NCBI GenBank assembly: GCA_965113315.1 | Contig: OZ220368.1 | Strand: one strand, 5' to 3' | Source: Podarcis vaucheri | Taxonomy: Eukaryota | Length of the DNA stretch: 64,000 nucleotides | Shown: positions 12,801 to 23,390 of the stretch, in pieces | How positions within the stretch are numbered: the first letter of the stretch is position 1 | How the letters are laid out: every line of letters starts with the position of its first letter | Notes under the pieces: model-generated | Told to the model about the DNA's origin: nothing | Database searches by the model: none | What the model saw: the letters and a program-made list of their open reading frames with translations, nothing else | Translations under genes and position numbers: made by a program

Positions 12801-15800
12801 AGCAAGTGGGCGACGTGATCAGTAGCGGGGCATGCAGAGCTATACTTCTGTCACTTGGAAGGTGTTGGGTGGGACAGGACAGTGGCAAGGTCAGGGCTGG
12901 TGGGTGGGTGGGTGCATCCAAACATCACCCTCCCCCACCCCTTCCAGGTAAGTCTCAGCGATGCCAATGTCAGGAAAGCAGTTCTGCTCCATCACAGCAG
13001 CTGCTGCTGAAGGTTATATTACAAACGTACGTCTGGCTACTTAATGAATTAATTTGTGAATTTCCAGGGCTGTTGGATTCTCCACTGATCCCCCTGCTCT
13101 CCTGGCTTTTAATCTGCTTCTCCATCATGGCTCTCTTTACCCGACGCTACGGGATCCGACCACTCCTTGTGGCGTTGATCCTGCGATCCATCTACCACCT
13201 GGGCATTGGACTCACTCTGAACATACTGGGAGCTCTCAATGTAAGTCACTTGGCTAACCTCAGGCCAAACTCTGGCTGCAGTCTTGTACGTATTTAACTG
13301 GGAATGAGTTCCATTGAACTACCATAAACTGTGCAACCCCTTGCCTATTGAGATCAAGTAGGTGCCTTCACTGTACTCTTTTCGACACCTGTTAAAAACA
13401 TTCTTGTTTAAACATGTCTATCTAGATGCTTAGAAAATCAAAGTAATTTTAATCTAGTTTAGTATTTTAACTTTTGTGTGCTTTTAAGTTTGGCTGTGAA
13501 ATTTTCTTGATTTTACTGTTGTATCTTTTGTAAAATGCTGAGTTGTTGTTTTTTTACAATCAGTGTATAAATTTTATTAAGGAGGCAAACCAACCAACCA
13601 ACAAAAAAGCAAGGGGTTTTAGGTACTGGCACCATGCCTAGAGCTAAGACCAGTTTGTCTTTGCAAATCTAATGGCAATGGATTTATATCAGTGTTAACT
13701 GAAAGCAGAAGATTGCTATCAATAAAGCTAAAGTAGCATCATAAACAGCATAAACTCACTCTGGAAAGTAACTGCTTGCCTCTTTTCCCCTCTGCTTTGT
13801 GCTTGTTCCACAGCTGACAAATAAGATTGTGTTTGTGGTGAGCTTTGTTGGAAACCGTGGAACATTCATCCGAGGATATAAGGCCATGATCATGGATATG
13901 GAATTTCTCTATCATGTTGCCTATATCTTGACCAGCGTCTTGGGGCTCTTTGTGCACGAACTATTCTACAGCATCTTGGTATGCTAATTTCTTCTGTATT
14001 ATCTGCCTGTTGTATGTGTAACATTTCACCTCTTTTTATGTCTGCCTTGTTCTCCCTAGCTAGCTAGGACTGCAATTATTCATTTTATGAAGTGGGCAAG
14101 AAAGAAATACAAATCATTGACTAGATGGGATGGTTTGGTACTGTCAAGCAACACCAAACCAATTCCTGTTTCGAGAAGCTGCTAGGCTCTTGAAGCAAGA
14201 GTCCAAAGGGCTTCTTGTTCCTTTACGGAAAAGAACGTTCACATTTATCTGTGAGAAAAGTGGGGATGTTGGTGATTAGATGAATGAATGGCAATCATTT
14301 TCCTGCTAATAAATACTATGTGCCTGAAGGACTACCACAGAACGCCTGTTCTCTTCAGACTGATTAGCAACTGATAAGCAAGTTATTATTATTTTTCTGT
14401 TTCAGCTGTTTGACTTGATCTACCGGGAGGAGACCTTATTTAATGTCATCAAAAGTGTGACACGCAACGGACGCTCCATTCTTCTGACAGCCCTTCTGGC
14501 TCTCATCCTCGTCTACCTCTTCTCCATTGTAGGCTTTCTCTTTCTGAAAGATGACTTCATCCTTGAAGTAGACCCATTGCCCAACATTAAATCAAAAGGT
14601 TTGCTTCCCCCACCCCACCCTGCTATCTCTCAAGTTTGATATTTAACAATAGGGTTTTAAATAGAAAGGATTTTAAGATTTGCTGACTTCTGAAGCAACC
14701 CATTTGTCTTCACCGGGGGTTCATCCAATTACACCGGAAACCTGTATGTTCCCTCCTGCGTTTATTTAAGGATTGGTTTTCACCTTGATTTTGTACTAGA
14801 CCTTTCAACCAAGAATGAATAACTGGTAATGGGCAAGCTAAATCCACTCCAGCGTGTTTATGTCCTTAAGGCTTGCAATTTGGAGGCTTTGACGTTCAGT
14901 GCTGCACTTAAGGGAAGTGCAATTTGAGACTCCTGGATTGGGCACCTTTTGTGAGTGTATAAATAGCAGCTTTTACCAGCAAAGTACTGCAACTGTGTAA
15001 GAACTGGCTTGTATGTGTTTTGCATGGCAGTCTCTCCCCCCCCCCCAATTCAAAATACAACATATAACGACTCTTCTGTTCAGTGGGTTCAGATGCTTCA
15101 CTTCAGGGGTTGCCAACCTGGCATCTTTGGGCATCAGTGTACCTCCCATGGCACCTGCAGGAGGTCTCTGTAAATCATCTCCTCAAAACCTTCAGTGCTT
15201 GAGACTTTGCTCTTCCTCCTTCATTCATGTTTTCACCTGATCAACTCCTCCTAGACTGAACATGCCCCCCTGTCAGGCTTCAGGGAATCAGCTTTCTCCC
15301 CTCGTGTCAGGAGATAAAAAGATAAAAGAAAGGAACATCTTACCAGTTAGAAACTTTAATAATCACAGTGAGAGAACAAAGAACACATCTCCTAGAAATG
15401 GTGGTGCTCCCAATTAAGTATCACACACTCCTCCATCCCTATTAATCTACGTCACTCCTCCGTCTTGTAATCTGAGTTTGTACCCTCTGCACTTTCTGTT
15501 CTGAGACTTTCTGAGCTCTTCGAGACTTTGGGGAGATCAGAGGAATGCTGTCCAAAGACTGTGAATCTGTTAACCGTAATCTCTTCCCGTGTTTCTTCTC
15601 TTAGCTGTTCCGCACCCAGTATTTCCCAGCTTCTGCCTTCTGATCTAGGCCCTTCTGCAAACCACTGTTCCAAATCTATACTGTCCTCCCGCTCCTGGGA
15701 AGATTCAGGCTCGGGGAAAGGGGTTGCTCCCACCATTCCTCCTCAGCACAGCCGTCCTCAGCATGGTCCCTGACACTCCTTAAACATGTCCACATGTCAT

Positions 15801-18800
15801 TGAATGCTTGGACTGGACACCCTACCTCCCTTCTGTTCTGAAGAGAGCTTCTATTGGTGTGTGCACTCAATGCTGGCTGATGGAGATGCATTTTCCCCTC
15901 TTCTATTGACACAATCACTCCTAAGTGCTCTCTACAGCCATGGGGTATCTGGAAGGCTCCTTGGTTTAGTGAGGAGCCCTGAGTGATGAAGCAGGCCAGA
16001 CGTCAGCTAGTGCAGGGAGTGCAAGTCCTGGCATAAATCTGACTGAATTGAGGTACAAGTACATAGTTGTTTGTACCACATGGCAGGGATGGGAGAAAGA
16101 TAGTGTATGTCTTGGCCTCTATTATGTACTCAGTGAATTGTGCAGCAGAGCTATTCAAAGTGGTTGGCCCAGATCAGTATGGCATCATTAACAGACCACT
16201 CAATAGTCTCCTGTGAGAGATTTGTGAATTAGTCTGAGGGTAACATTACTTGGCTCTGTGCTGAACACAGTGTCACCATTAGTTCATGCTAGTTGGAGGT
16301 CCTTGGAGCATCATTCAAGTACAGCTTGTGGGATCGGTTACAGTTTGAGGATGTGGACAGGATGCTTGTGGTGGTGAGGCTATGTGACACTGGATACATA
16401 GCAGCCTAGAACAAGAACATCATGATGGGAGATACTTTTTGGCATGGCTTCAGTCAAAGGAACAACTTTTCTGGACTTTGTCATTGTTATGAAATTAAAG
16501 ATGATGTTTTGACAATTCTGCTGCCTCCTGTCCTTCCAGGTACTCCTTTGGGGATGCAAGCAGACATGGACGCTTTCATGGAGACATGCAGTAGCGACAA
16601 AATGAGCTGCTCTTCTGGTGTTGCTAAGCCCAAAGTGATAGAAGGTAGGTGGGGTGGCTGAAGCAACTTTCTCTAATTCAGATGCTTGTGGGAGTGAAGA
16701 GAATTTTATCCGGCACCTTGAGAGGGCAACTAGGATGAAATTGATCTGTGTCCCGGAAGTCAGCACAAGATACTGTAAGATCGGATGTCCAAGTTAAGAT
16801 GCAAAGTTACTTTGTTGGTACTTATCCACAGCATCTTACTGGGACTAGGGGCCACTCTATGTAAGTAAGGATGGCAGCCAACTAACTTATTTCTGCCACT
16901 GCAAGGATTTCTGCTTGCACAGTGGAACTCTTCTCCTCTCTTATCCCCCTGTGCCCCCCTCAGGTCTGCTTCAGAGGACCATGAGGACTCCCAGAAAAGA
17001 TTTTTGGGGCAAACATGGGAGGAGTAGGGGAAATTTCGTTTCGCAAGTGGAGATCCTTGCACTGATGGAAAGAGTTGGATAGTGCCCTGACAATATAATT
17101 CAGGATGAATTTTAGAAACAAGCAGAGCTGTTGCCCGTGGCTATTGGAAATGTCTCTGCTATTTTCTTCCATCTTCTAAAAAGGAAGGATGAGGCAGAAC
17201 AGCCAGGTATTTTCTGCATATAGTTAATGAAGCTAAGAAATATGGATTTCACAATACTGAAAGCTAATCATAGGTGCTCTGTTTGTGTTCCTGCTGACTG
17301 CACTTTTGCTTGCATTCCAGAAGCGGAGGAAGATAATTCAGAGCGTGCCTGCGACACACTGCTCATGTGCATAGTCACTGTCCTGAATCATGGCCTCAGA
17401 AACGGAGGTGGTGTGGGCGACATCCTCAGGAAGCCATCCAAAGATGTGAGTTAATTTGGGGCAACCCATGTTAGGCAATGCTGGCTAGAGGTCTAAACCA
17501 GCACACCAAAGGGTGCCTGTGCCCTACTGAAACCAGTGCATACCAGCGTGGTGTGCATATTTGGATTTTTCTAATAGTTTGTCTATTGCGCAGGGGCACC
17601 TATGCTAAATACCAAATGCCAAACGCCACATTATATGGGGCAAATGGGGTCCTCAACCTGAGGGGTGTGACAGATCTTGTCACATTGGTTTGCTACCTTC
17701 CCTTCTCACATTTTTGACTTTTAAAATTCAGATCTTTTCTCACAATTTCACCTTTTGTGAGATCTTACAATTCCAACATTATGCACACCTAACACAACCA
17801 ATCCTTCCAAATATTTTCTTCATTGTTTACAAAACAAATCTATTCATCTTGTAGCCACTGGCATGTTGGCAACTTGTCTGCCAATTTCTAGAGGGTAATG
17901 TTTGGCATTTTTCAGCAAAGCACTGGATAAGAGAAGCCATGCTTTCTTTTAATGGCTGTCCTTGTCTTTCTGTCCTAAAGGAGTCTCTTTTCCCTGCTCG
18001 AGTGATCTACGACCTCCTGTTCTTCTTCATTGTCATAATCATAGTCCTCAACCTCATATTTGGTGTGATCATCGACACCTTTGCAGATCTGAGGAGCGAG
18101 AAGCAGAAAAAAGAAGAAATCCTGAAGACAACATGTTTTATATGTGGTAATTGCCCAGGGAAACTATTTATCCGGGAAATACCCTCATATATTCAGCAAA
18201 CATCCAACAAGATCATTGCCTATCTGGTGGAGGAACTATCCCCTTCTCCAAAAGTAAACTAAGTATTCAGGGGATATTCTGCAGGCCCTGACAGAAAGGA
18301 GTTAGGCTTTGGGTGTTCATTTGACTGCAGCAGCTGAAACTGCCCACAATACAAACATATGTTGTACTTCAGATATTCATTGGTCTGCATACAGGATCCA
18401 AAACACAGCAGAAATGTATCCCATCTTAGTGCATTCAAATTTAAGTTTTCACAATTTCACTTTCAAAGCAAATTTTTATTGGCTTCTGATGGTCTGTCAG
18501 TGGGTGCAAAATGGCATAAGTGCAGTATCACTTGAGATAATATGCATAATATCTCAGCTTTCCTATTTTACACTGTTAACGTTGGTGTTTAGATTTCAAG
18601 AGGTCTCTTGAAGTGGATATAAACTACTCCATCCATCTTTTCTTTTAAGGCATGTTTTCAATTTTAGAGATTTCTTTAAGTGTCCAAAACAGGTACACTA
18701 ATTAGAAATTTAACTGCTCAGCCGTGAACATTAGGCACTAGCCATTTTCTGCTCAAGACCTGCTAAAATTAGATTGGAAGAACCCCAAAGGCTTTCTCTT

Positions 18801-20926
18801 CCAGTTCCCTGCTGTGAACATGACCACCCATCCATTAGCACCCCACTGACCAACTTATGCTGTTCATATTTCTGTATGCTACAAGTGGAGGTCAAGTAGA
18901 GAAAAATGCGTGCAGAATCAGTCTCTTTAATGGGACTTATGGATGGGTGCAGCAGTTGCTAGATAACCTAGCATTCTCCTTTTCTTCATTACTTCCTTAG
19001 GACTCGAAAGGGACAAGTTTGACAACAAGACTGTATCTTTTGAGGAGCACATTAAATTTGAACACAACATGTGGAATTACCTGTATTTCATAGTGCTGGT
19101 GCGAGTCAAAAACAAGACTGACTACACAGGGCCTGAGAGCTACGTAGCACAAATGATAAAGGTAAAGGTGATCAATGCTCTTGCAAACACTTTGGAAAAA
19201 GGCAGCTTTAGTGGGCAGCCTGTGTGTGATGCATATAATCTCAAATAAAATCAGTTGCCCCAGGTCTACTTCCCTTCAGTTTTGCAATCTGGCTTCTGCC
19301 AGTGGCCAGATGTATGAGAGGATGTAACTTCAAGAATTGGTACCTGTACTGGCTTGTAAGCAAGGACTGCCTTGGTTTTTAATTTCTGTATTGTGCTTTT
19401 GAAGGGGTGCTATTAATACACTGGGTGCTCTAACTTTATTGCAGAATCACTTCTCCACCAGTGGATGGGTAACTCCTCTCTCTTGCTCCAACAGGCAGGA
19501 CTTAGCAACAGAGTCTTTGTTCTTGACAGTTGACTGCCCTCTCTTAGGTTCTGCCCTACCTGTTTTGCGGTGCCAGGCTACCTTTGCTCTGATTCGTTAT
19601 TCCCTTAAAACACTTGTTTCCTGCAATGACTGTTCCAGAACAAGAACCTGGACTGGTTCCCTCGGATGCGAGCCATGTCACTGGTCAGCAACGAAGGTGA
19701 AGGGGAGCAGAACGAGATCCGGTGTCTACAGGATAAACTGAATTCCACCATGAAATTGGTATCCCATCTCACATCACAGCTGAATGAGCTGAAGGAGCAG
19801 GTATGAGAAACTTTAGGAACAGGGTGCTTTGGGGAGGGACTAAGGGAATGAACTAAGAGAAGCAGCGCCTTTTCGGAACTTTGGGATGTCATAGAATTAG
19901 ACCACATTTGCTAACCTTTCAACTAAATAATGCTCTCTGGGGGAAATATCCTGTTGTCTGAATGCAATTGCTTTTAGATGAAGCACAGAGCAGCCCTGGC
20001 AACATTCGTAGAAATACAAAGTTATCTTATTGCTTTGAATTTTGTGTAGGCTGTCCAGAGGGCATGCTTAATAACTGTCAAAATAAATAAGTAAAACGTT
20101 ATGATTACAATTCACAATGTGGCAAATAGCTAGCCTTTGCCAGCCCTGAGATTCAAACTATTCCTCTCGTATAATCCAAGCACACAATCCAACTCGTAGC
20201 TATTGCCACAGTTAGTCTTTTCAAATAAGAGTTCTGCAAAGAACTCTTATTTGGTGAAAGCTAATAGCAGGTTGCCCCAAAAAGATTAACAGTAGAGGAT
20301 GCTCTGTCCCAAAGATAACATCTGCCTTAACTGATCTCTTTCTACAGTGGGGGTAGAGAACCTTTATGGGCCACATCTTCATCTCCCCCACCTAACAGGA
20401 CCACCCATCTGTCATAATTGGCCCACAGGCAATGGGGGGGAGAGCAACTATGGATTGAATTCTCTGTGCATCAGCTGATGAATGGGCAGCTTAATCCCCC
20501 CTGAAATTTTTAAGCATAGGCATTGCCATTCAAATAGTGTGTGCCTGCAGCGTCTTGTAATTAATCAGGGAGGGGCTTACTTGCCCCTCGGCCATATTTT
20601 ATTCAAGTTGGCATCCCTGGCCTGTGGCTCAAGGTTACCCCTCTCCCTGCTCTACAACATGTAGGTCAGGGAAGTGTGGGTACATTTCTACATGAGTAAT
20701 GCCAGTTAGCTGAGTACACCTAGCGAAAGACCTCACAAGCTTCAACATGCAGGGGTTCGTGGCAGAGAACACTTGTAAATTTGATAAAAGAATGGTGTTG
20801 TGAATTCAACTGAAGAAATGAAAACCATCTTTTAAATCCCCTGTTTTTATATTCCAGATGACAGAGCAAAGGAAGCGAAGGCAGCGGATGGGCTTTGTGG
20901 ATGTCCAGAACAGCCTGAACCACTGA
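728..20926 (+). CDS. ITPR3: Inositol 1,4,5-trisphosphate receptor type 3, 3' part (5'-partial; last 21 coding exons, 988 aa + stop)
   Basis: join(728..818,1536..1705,2970..3144,3933..4117,4238..4438,4635..4745,5137..5232,6413..6514,7327..7413,9359..9469,10494..10686,12079..12204,13068..13240,13814..13978,14406..14598,16540..16644,17321..17445,17981..18146,19001..19161,19639..19800,20858..20926) = 2967 nt, all GT-AG, frame preserved. IP3R hallmarks: [27 protein letters not shown] filter, TTCFICG. Type-3-like C-terminus [18 protein letters not shown]; synteny with UQCC2/IP6K3. Confidence 0.97.
1536..1705 (+). CDS. ITPR3: ITPR3 coding exon ([24 protein letters not shown]...GGNTEIQ)
   Basis: tacag| ... 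|gtttgt; inside ORF 1472..1789. Confidence 0.95.
2048..2252. mobile_element. Tc1/mariner (Tigger/pogo-like) MITE
   Basis: TA|CAGTGGTACCTC ... GAGATATGACTG|TA imperfect TIRs, TA TSD, internal hairpin. Confidence 0.8.
2817..2950 (-). mobile_element. CR1-like 3' tail fragment
   Basis: taagaac...ctggatcaggccaaaggcccat...tcca pattern; boundaries approximate. Confidence 0.5.
2970..3144 (+). CDS. ITPR3: ITPR3 coding exon ([25 protein letters not shown]...)
   Basis: ctgaag| ... |gtatgt. Confidence 0.93.
3933..4117 (+). CDS. ITPR3: ITPR3 coding exon (...[18 protein letters not shown])
   Basis: tgcag| ... |gtgggc; RIH-associated domain motif. Confidence 0.95.
4238..4438 (+). CDS. ITPR3: ITPR3 coding exon ([20 protein letters not shown]...[10 protein letters not shown])
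   Basis: cacag| ... |gtaacc. Confidence 0.96.
4635..4745 (+). CDS. ITPR3: ITPR3 coding exon ([22 protein letters not shown]...LQLK)
   Basis: cacag| ... |gtagat. Confidence 0.95.
5137..5232 (+). CDS. ITPR3: ITPR3 coding exon ([32 protein letters not shown])
   Basis: attag| ... |gtaaga. Confidence 0.95.
6413..6514 (+). CDS. ITPR3: ITPR3 coding exon (VDVIKKAY...[15 protein letters not shown])
   Basis: cacag| ... |gtatccttt. Confidence 0.95.
6859..6886. repeat. (TG)14 microsatellite
   Basis: Direct reading. Confidence 0.95.
7327..7413 (+). CDS. ITPR3: ITPR3 coding exon ([29 protein letters not shown])
   Basis: ttcag| ... |gtatgt. Confidence 0.94.
8314..8706 (-). mobile_element. Sauria SINE (older copy)
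   Basis: tRNA-like head GGGATGCAGGTGGCGCTGTGG, gccgtttacctt core, ACCTTT-type tail; homologous to 60754-61120. Confidence 0.85.
9359..9469 (+). CDS. ITPR3: ITPR3 coding exon ([13 protein letters not shown]...[14 protein letters not shown])
   Basis: cacag| ... |gtgggg. Confidence 0.94.
10494..10686 (+). CDS. ITPR3: ITPR3 coding exon ([16 protein letters not shown]...EMEWQKKLR)
   Basis: cccag| ... |gtaaga. Confidence 0.95.
11660..11762. mobile_element. Palindromic hAT-like MITE fragment (actacaactcccatc family)
   Basis: actacaactcccatcatcc ... gatgggagttggagt; same family as 63362-63497. Confidence 0.65.
12079..12204 (+). CDS. ITPR3: ITPR3 coding exon, TM1 ([35 protein letters not shown])
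   Basis: catag| ... |gtacat. Confidence 0.94.
12544..12960. mobile_element. hAT-like non-autonomous element, one end visible
   Basis: CAGTGGTTTTCAACC terminus followed by gtgccgtggcacc; right end not identified. Confidence 0.45.
13068..13240 (+). CDS. ITPR3: ITPR3 coding exon, TM region ([12 protein letters not shown]...LNILGALN)
   Basis: tccag| ... |gtaagt. Confidence 0.95.
13814..13978 (+). CDS. ITPR3: ITPR3 coding exon, TM region ([18 protein letters not shown]...HELFYSIL)
   Basis: cacag| ... |gtatgc. Confidence 0.95.
14406..14598 (+). CDS. ITPR3: ITPR3 coding exon, S4-S5 linker/TM5 ([25 protein letters not shown]...)
   Basis: ttcag| ... |gtttgc. Confidence 0.96.
15271..15775 (-). mobile_element. 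Probable solo LTR
   Basis: TG...CA ends with 7-bp terminal inverted repeat (tgtcagg/cctgaca), 505 bp, ATTAAA near the 3' end on -; flanks cccc/ctcc only partly match as a TSD. Confidence 0.65.
16540..16644 (+). CDS. ITPR3: ITPR3 coding exon, luminal loop ([23 protein letters not shown]...)
   Basis: tccag| ... |gtaggt; frame-consistent, resembles ITPR3 SPLGM...DTCSGDKMDC. Confidence 0.9.
17321..17445 (+). CDS. ITPR3: ITPR3 coding exon, pore helix and selectivity filter ([35 protein letters not shown])
   Basis: tccag| ... |gtgagt; GGGVGD filter. Confidence 0.97.
17981..18146 (+). CDS. ITPR3: ITPR3 coding exon, TM6/gate ([38 protein letters not shown]...TTCFIC)
   Basis: taaag| ... |gtaatt. 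Confidence 0.97.
19001..19161 (+). CDS. ITPR3: ITPR3 coding exon ([27 protein letters not shown]...YVAQMIK)
   Basis: cttag| ... |gtaaag; His ligands of the juxtamembrane Zn site. Confidence 0.96.
19639..19800 (+). CDS. ITPR3: ITPR3 coding exon ([16 protein letters not shown]...LNELKEQ)
   Basis: tccag| ... |gtatga. Confidence 0.96.
20858..20926 (+). CDS. ITPR3: ITPR3 terminal coding exon ([22 protein letters not shown])
   Basis: tccag|ATG ... TGA at 20924-20926. Confidence 0.95.
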   Translation: MTEQRKRRQRMGFVDVQNSLNH

Positions 20927-22330
20927 GACAGCAGAATCAACTTCACCAAGCTAAAACTCTACTTTACATATGCACTTCCTGAGGAGGATATTTGGTACTA
21001 GGTTGCCAGCACAGATCTCATCCATCAAAGAAAGCCGATTCATGTCATGATGATTCATATTTTGGCATTCCGGCACCACCTTCTGTTCAACTCCAGTAGG
21101 GCTGATTGCATTTTATTCAAGAGAGAGACCTGAAGCTGACAACTAGTATGATTTGTCGCTTTGTGCGGATTCATAGTTTACCATACATTTGGGAGCTTTG
21201 CTGCTCCTTATGATAGCTCTGTTGCTATAACATGGGTTATCTGTCTCCATGCACTACATTTTGATGGCTTCACAGCCAGGTGCAAATAGGATTGACACTG
21301 TTACTAGCAAGTAGTAGTTGCTATATTTTAACTTATTTTAACAGAGTCCATGAAATTCAACATACATGGATCTCTCTTTACAAGCTTGTCATCTCAGTTT
21401 TCCTGGAGTCACTGGCATTTTTCTTCATCTCTAGAATCCTATCTAACCCAAGAAGAAACTAAGAAAATCTACTATTAGCTTAACACTTCGACTGAAGACG
21501 AGCGGCAGATTCCATTGTTGAGAAATGCAATGGCATTTTGTTCCATGGAGAGACTTTTATCAGCGTTAGCGGAAGATTGCATGTTTGTGCTGCACTGTGA
21601 AAGAGAAATCTCTTCCCCCTCTCGCTCACACAATAGGTTAGAAGACAGTACACACTTGGGCGTTAGCCTGCTTCTGGGAAGGTTAAAAGGTGGTAGAACT
21701 GGATTATTTCAGTTGGCTAATGCAAGGTAGCAGTAATATTTCAACTATCAGCAGAATGGACATTGAAGGATCATTAGTTAGTTAGTGTAAGAAAACAGGT
21801 TTGGGGAGAAGGATGGAGAGAGAAAAAGAGTACATTATAAAAGTCCTGAGATGTAAATTAACTACACCTCTATCAGCCCTGCTATGCTGGCGGGTGCTGG
21901 TGTGAACTGGAGGGCACCACACTGCGAAAGACTGTTTTAGAATTTCCCTAATCAACATACACTGCCCCAGAGTATTTCCCCAACCATTTAGAAGCATTGC
22001 AAGTTCATCTTCAACAGCCAGGCTACAACTCAAACTCAACTGTAAATAAAACAGAGTACATTAGGTACAGGTTTGTCTAACTGTGAGAGTGGCCACTAGA
22101 GGGAGATGATGACAGTTCCTTGTTCCATATGCTTTTCCATTCCTTTCTGACCCAAGCAGGGTGTTCCTCCAGGGTACATATTACAGTGCAGGTTGAAGGG
22201 GGGAGGGGAAAAGATTTCATTAATCAAGAGTGCAGCTTTGCAATTTGTCTTACTCTGGAATATTTTACAAATATTGTTTTAAGTTTTAATGTGGTAACTT
22301 CCTTAAGTTAACACAAACAGAACCAAATAC

Positions 22331-22336
22331 AATAAA
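22331..22336 (+). terminator. Candidate ITPR3 polyadenylation signal (AATAAA)
   Basis: AATAAA about 1.4 kb after the stop, preceded by a U-rich tract; an alternative AATAAA is at 22045-22050. Confidence 0.5.
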
Positions 22337-23295
22337 ATGGAAGGGAGAAGGAATCACCTCTTGATATGCTTGTCAGACATTAATATGACTGAGCAGATTT
22401 TTTAAAGATCTGTTGGATTAGTTGGATTCTGCTTGATACTGAAGCTATTTAAGCAAATATTTCAGACATACCATTTTCAGTAGGTTTTCATTAAATGCTC
22501 TGACTAGCCCGACTAATCTTGCCACAGGATTCCAGGGTGTTCCTAGGCTCATTCTGGGGTGAATTCCATGTTTGCACAGAATGCTGGAAGACCTACTGGC
22601 CCTAACTGTTTTCTCATGCTAGATGAGAACAGATGCTGCTTGAACTGCAGGGGCAGATTATGGTGAACCGTTTGTTTTTAGAAACTTGTCTACTATTGCC
22701 CATTTTTTTACAGCAAAAACTGGTATTCTACAGAACAAATAGCTTGAAAAGTAGAGCTTGAGTGCTCTACTGCAACAATTTTGCACCAACATATGGCAGT
22801 TGTGCCTTCCTTGAATAAGTGGTGGCATTCCAGTAAAACACACAAGACCACACATCTGTATGCCGTAGTGCCTGTATTTGTTTGGGAATATTCTGAATTC
22901 TAAAAAGCCATGAAATACAATTCAGTGATGGCCCAGCATATCAACTGCATACCAGCTGTGTTCAACAGCATATCACTTTTCCCTAAAGAACATGCAAACA
23001 CCTAGACATGCCGAAGAGTGGCAACCACATCAATATATTTAAAGGCTTTCTAACATCTTCCTATAAATCAAAGTAATCAAGAAGGGCTTGCTTGTCCCAT
23101 TCCAGAATAGCTTCACCCAATACTGAAGCTTTGTTCCCTGAGAAAGAAATGGTTCTGAGATGAGATGTCAAAACCAGATCTCTTTGCTTTAAAAAGTCCG
23201 ACATCATCCTAGGTAAGCAAATGAAACAAACAAACCTCTGTTTCAAGGAAGCAAAATATAGAGCTTTAGGAAAATTGGCTAGTGTCACAAAGTTA

Positions 23296-23390
23296 TCATT
23301 TGGAATCTTCTTCAGGATTCTTGGCAGAAAATTTCTCACGTAACTTTGTCCATTTTCCTTTCTTTGCTTCTTCCATCTGCTTCAAGCTAG
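23296..23390 (-). CDS. UQCC2: UQCC2 coding exon 4 (terminal)
   Basis: tgcag|CT ... TGA TAA; [12 protein letters not shown]. Confidence 0.9.

Noticed and set aside
15452-15736. Glu-rich ORF in the LTR-like element
   Set aside because: Reflects purine-rich composition; no gag/pol/env motifs.
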